Part shown: piece after piece, positions 61,998-62,054 of the stretch
Layout of the letters: every line of letters begins with the position of its first letter
Numbering within the stretch: position 1 is the first letter of the stretch
The notes under the pieces: model-generated
Databases searched by the model: none
What the model saw: the letters and a program-made list of their open reading frames with translations, nothing else
What the model was told of the DNA's origin: nothing
Program-made: the position numbers and the translations under genes
Source: Candidatus Limnocylindria bacterium
Lineage (GTDB): Bacteria; Chloroflexota; Limnocylindria; P2-11E
NCBI GenBank assembly: GCA_036276035.1
Contig: DASUCM010000105.1
Location: 1 to 62,054, forward strand
Direction: 5' to 3'
DNA: 62,054 nt

Positions 61998-62054
61998 GCC
62001 GCTGCGTCTCAGGGCGGCCGGGACTTGGGTGTGGGGCGGCGGGGGACGCCGTCC

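Overview
This is a very GC-rich (about 70% or more by eye) bacterial chromosomal window, mostly coding, with most genes on the minus strand.

**Core content**
- A complete division/cell-wall (dcw) cluster lies on the minus strand at 14437..31884. Its order is mraZ-rsmH-ftsL-ftsI-murF-mraY-pgeF-murD-ftsW-murG-murC-murB-ddl-ftsQ-sbp-ftsA-ftsZ. It lacks murE and has pgeF inserted.
- Housekeeping genes flank it: glnII, rsgA, yggT, dcd, nrdR, parAB, moaD/E, rnhA and a threonine dehydratase.
- RNA genes found by hand are tRNA-Val, tRNA-Met(CAT) and an RNase P RNA that the ORF track cannot show.
- FtsA and the DUF1290 small basic protein in such a GC-rich genome argue against classical Actinomycetia (inference only).
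- I saw no CRISPR array, transposase, integrase or rRNA.

**Accessory-looking region (about 31984..45940)**
- A GAF histidine kinase/response regulator pair.
- A triple GTTGAC direct-repeat operator present at two promoters.
- An unlisted 49-aa Cys-rich ORF.
- A riboswitch-like leader with a terminator/antiterminator switch.
- A tightly coupled 8-gene array: ABC-2 exporter, prolyl oligopeptidase, zinc-ribbon protein, FabH, split rifampin-phosphotransferase-like enzyme, MFS.

**Other points worth a second look**
- Two copies of a ~117-nt element have a conserved core inside non-homologous, self-complementary flanks.
- Several genes appear to need CTG or ATC start codons, three of them as CTGA stop/start overlaps.
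- A 43-bp inverted repeat at the contig start splits a DUF4446-like gene into two halves on opposite strands.
- A low-GC3 HNH endonuclease insert.
- Several short hydrophobic ORFs with strong ribosome-binding sites.

All coordinates were derived by manual reading and anchored to the ORF track. No database search was run.
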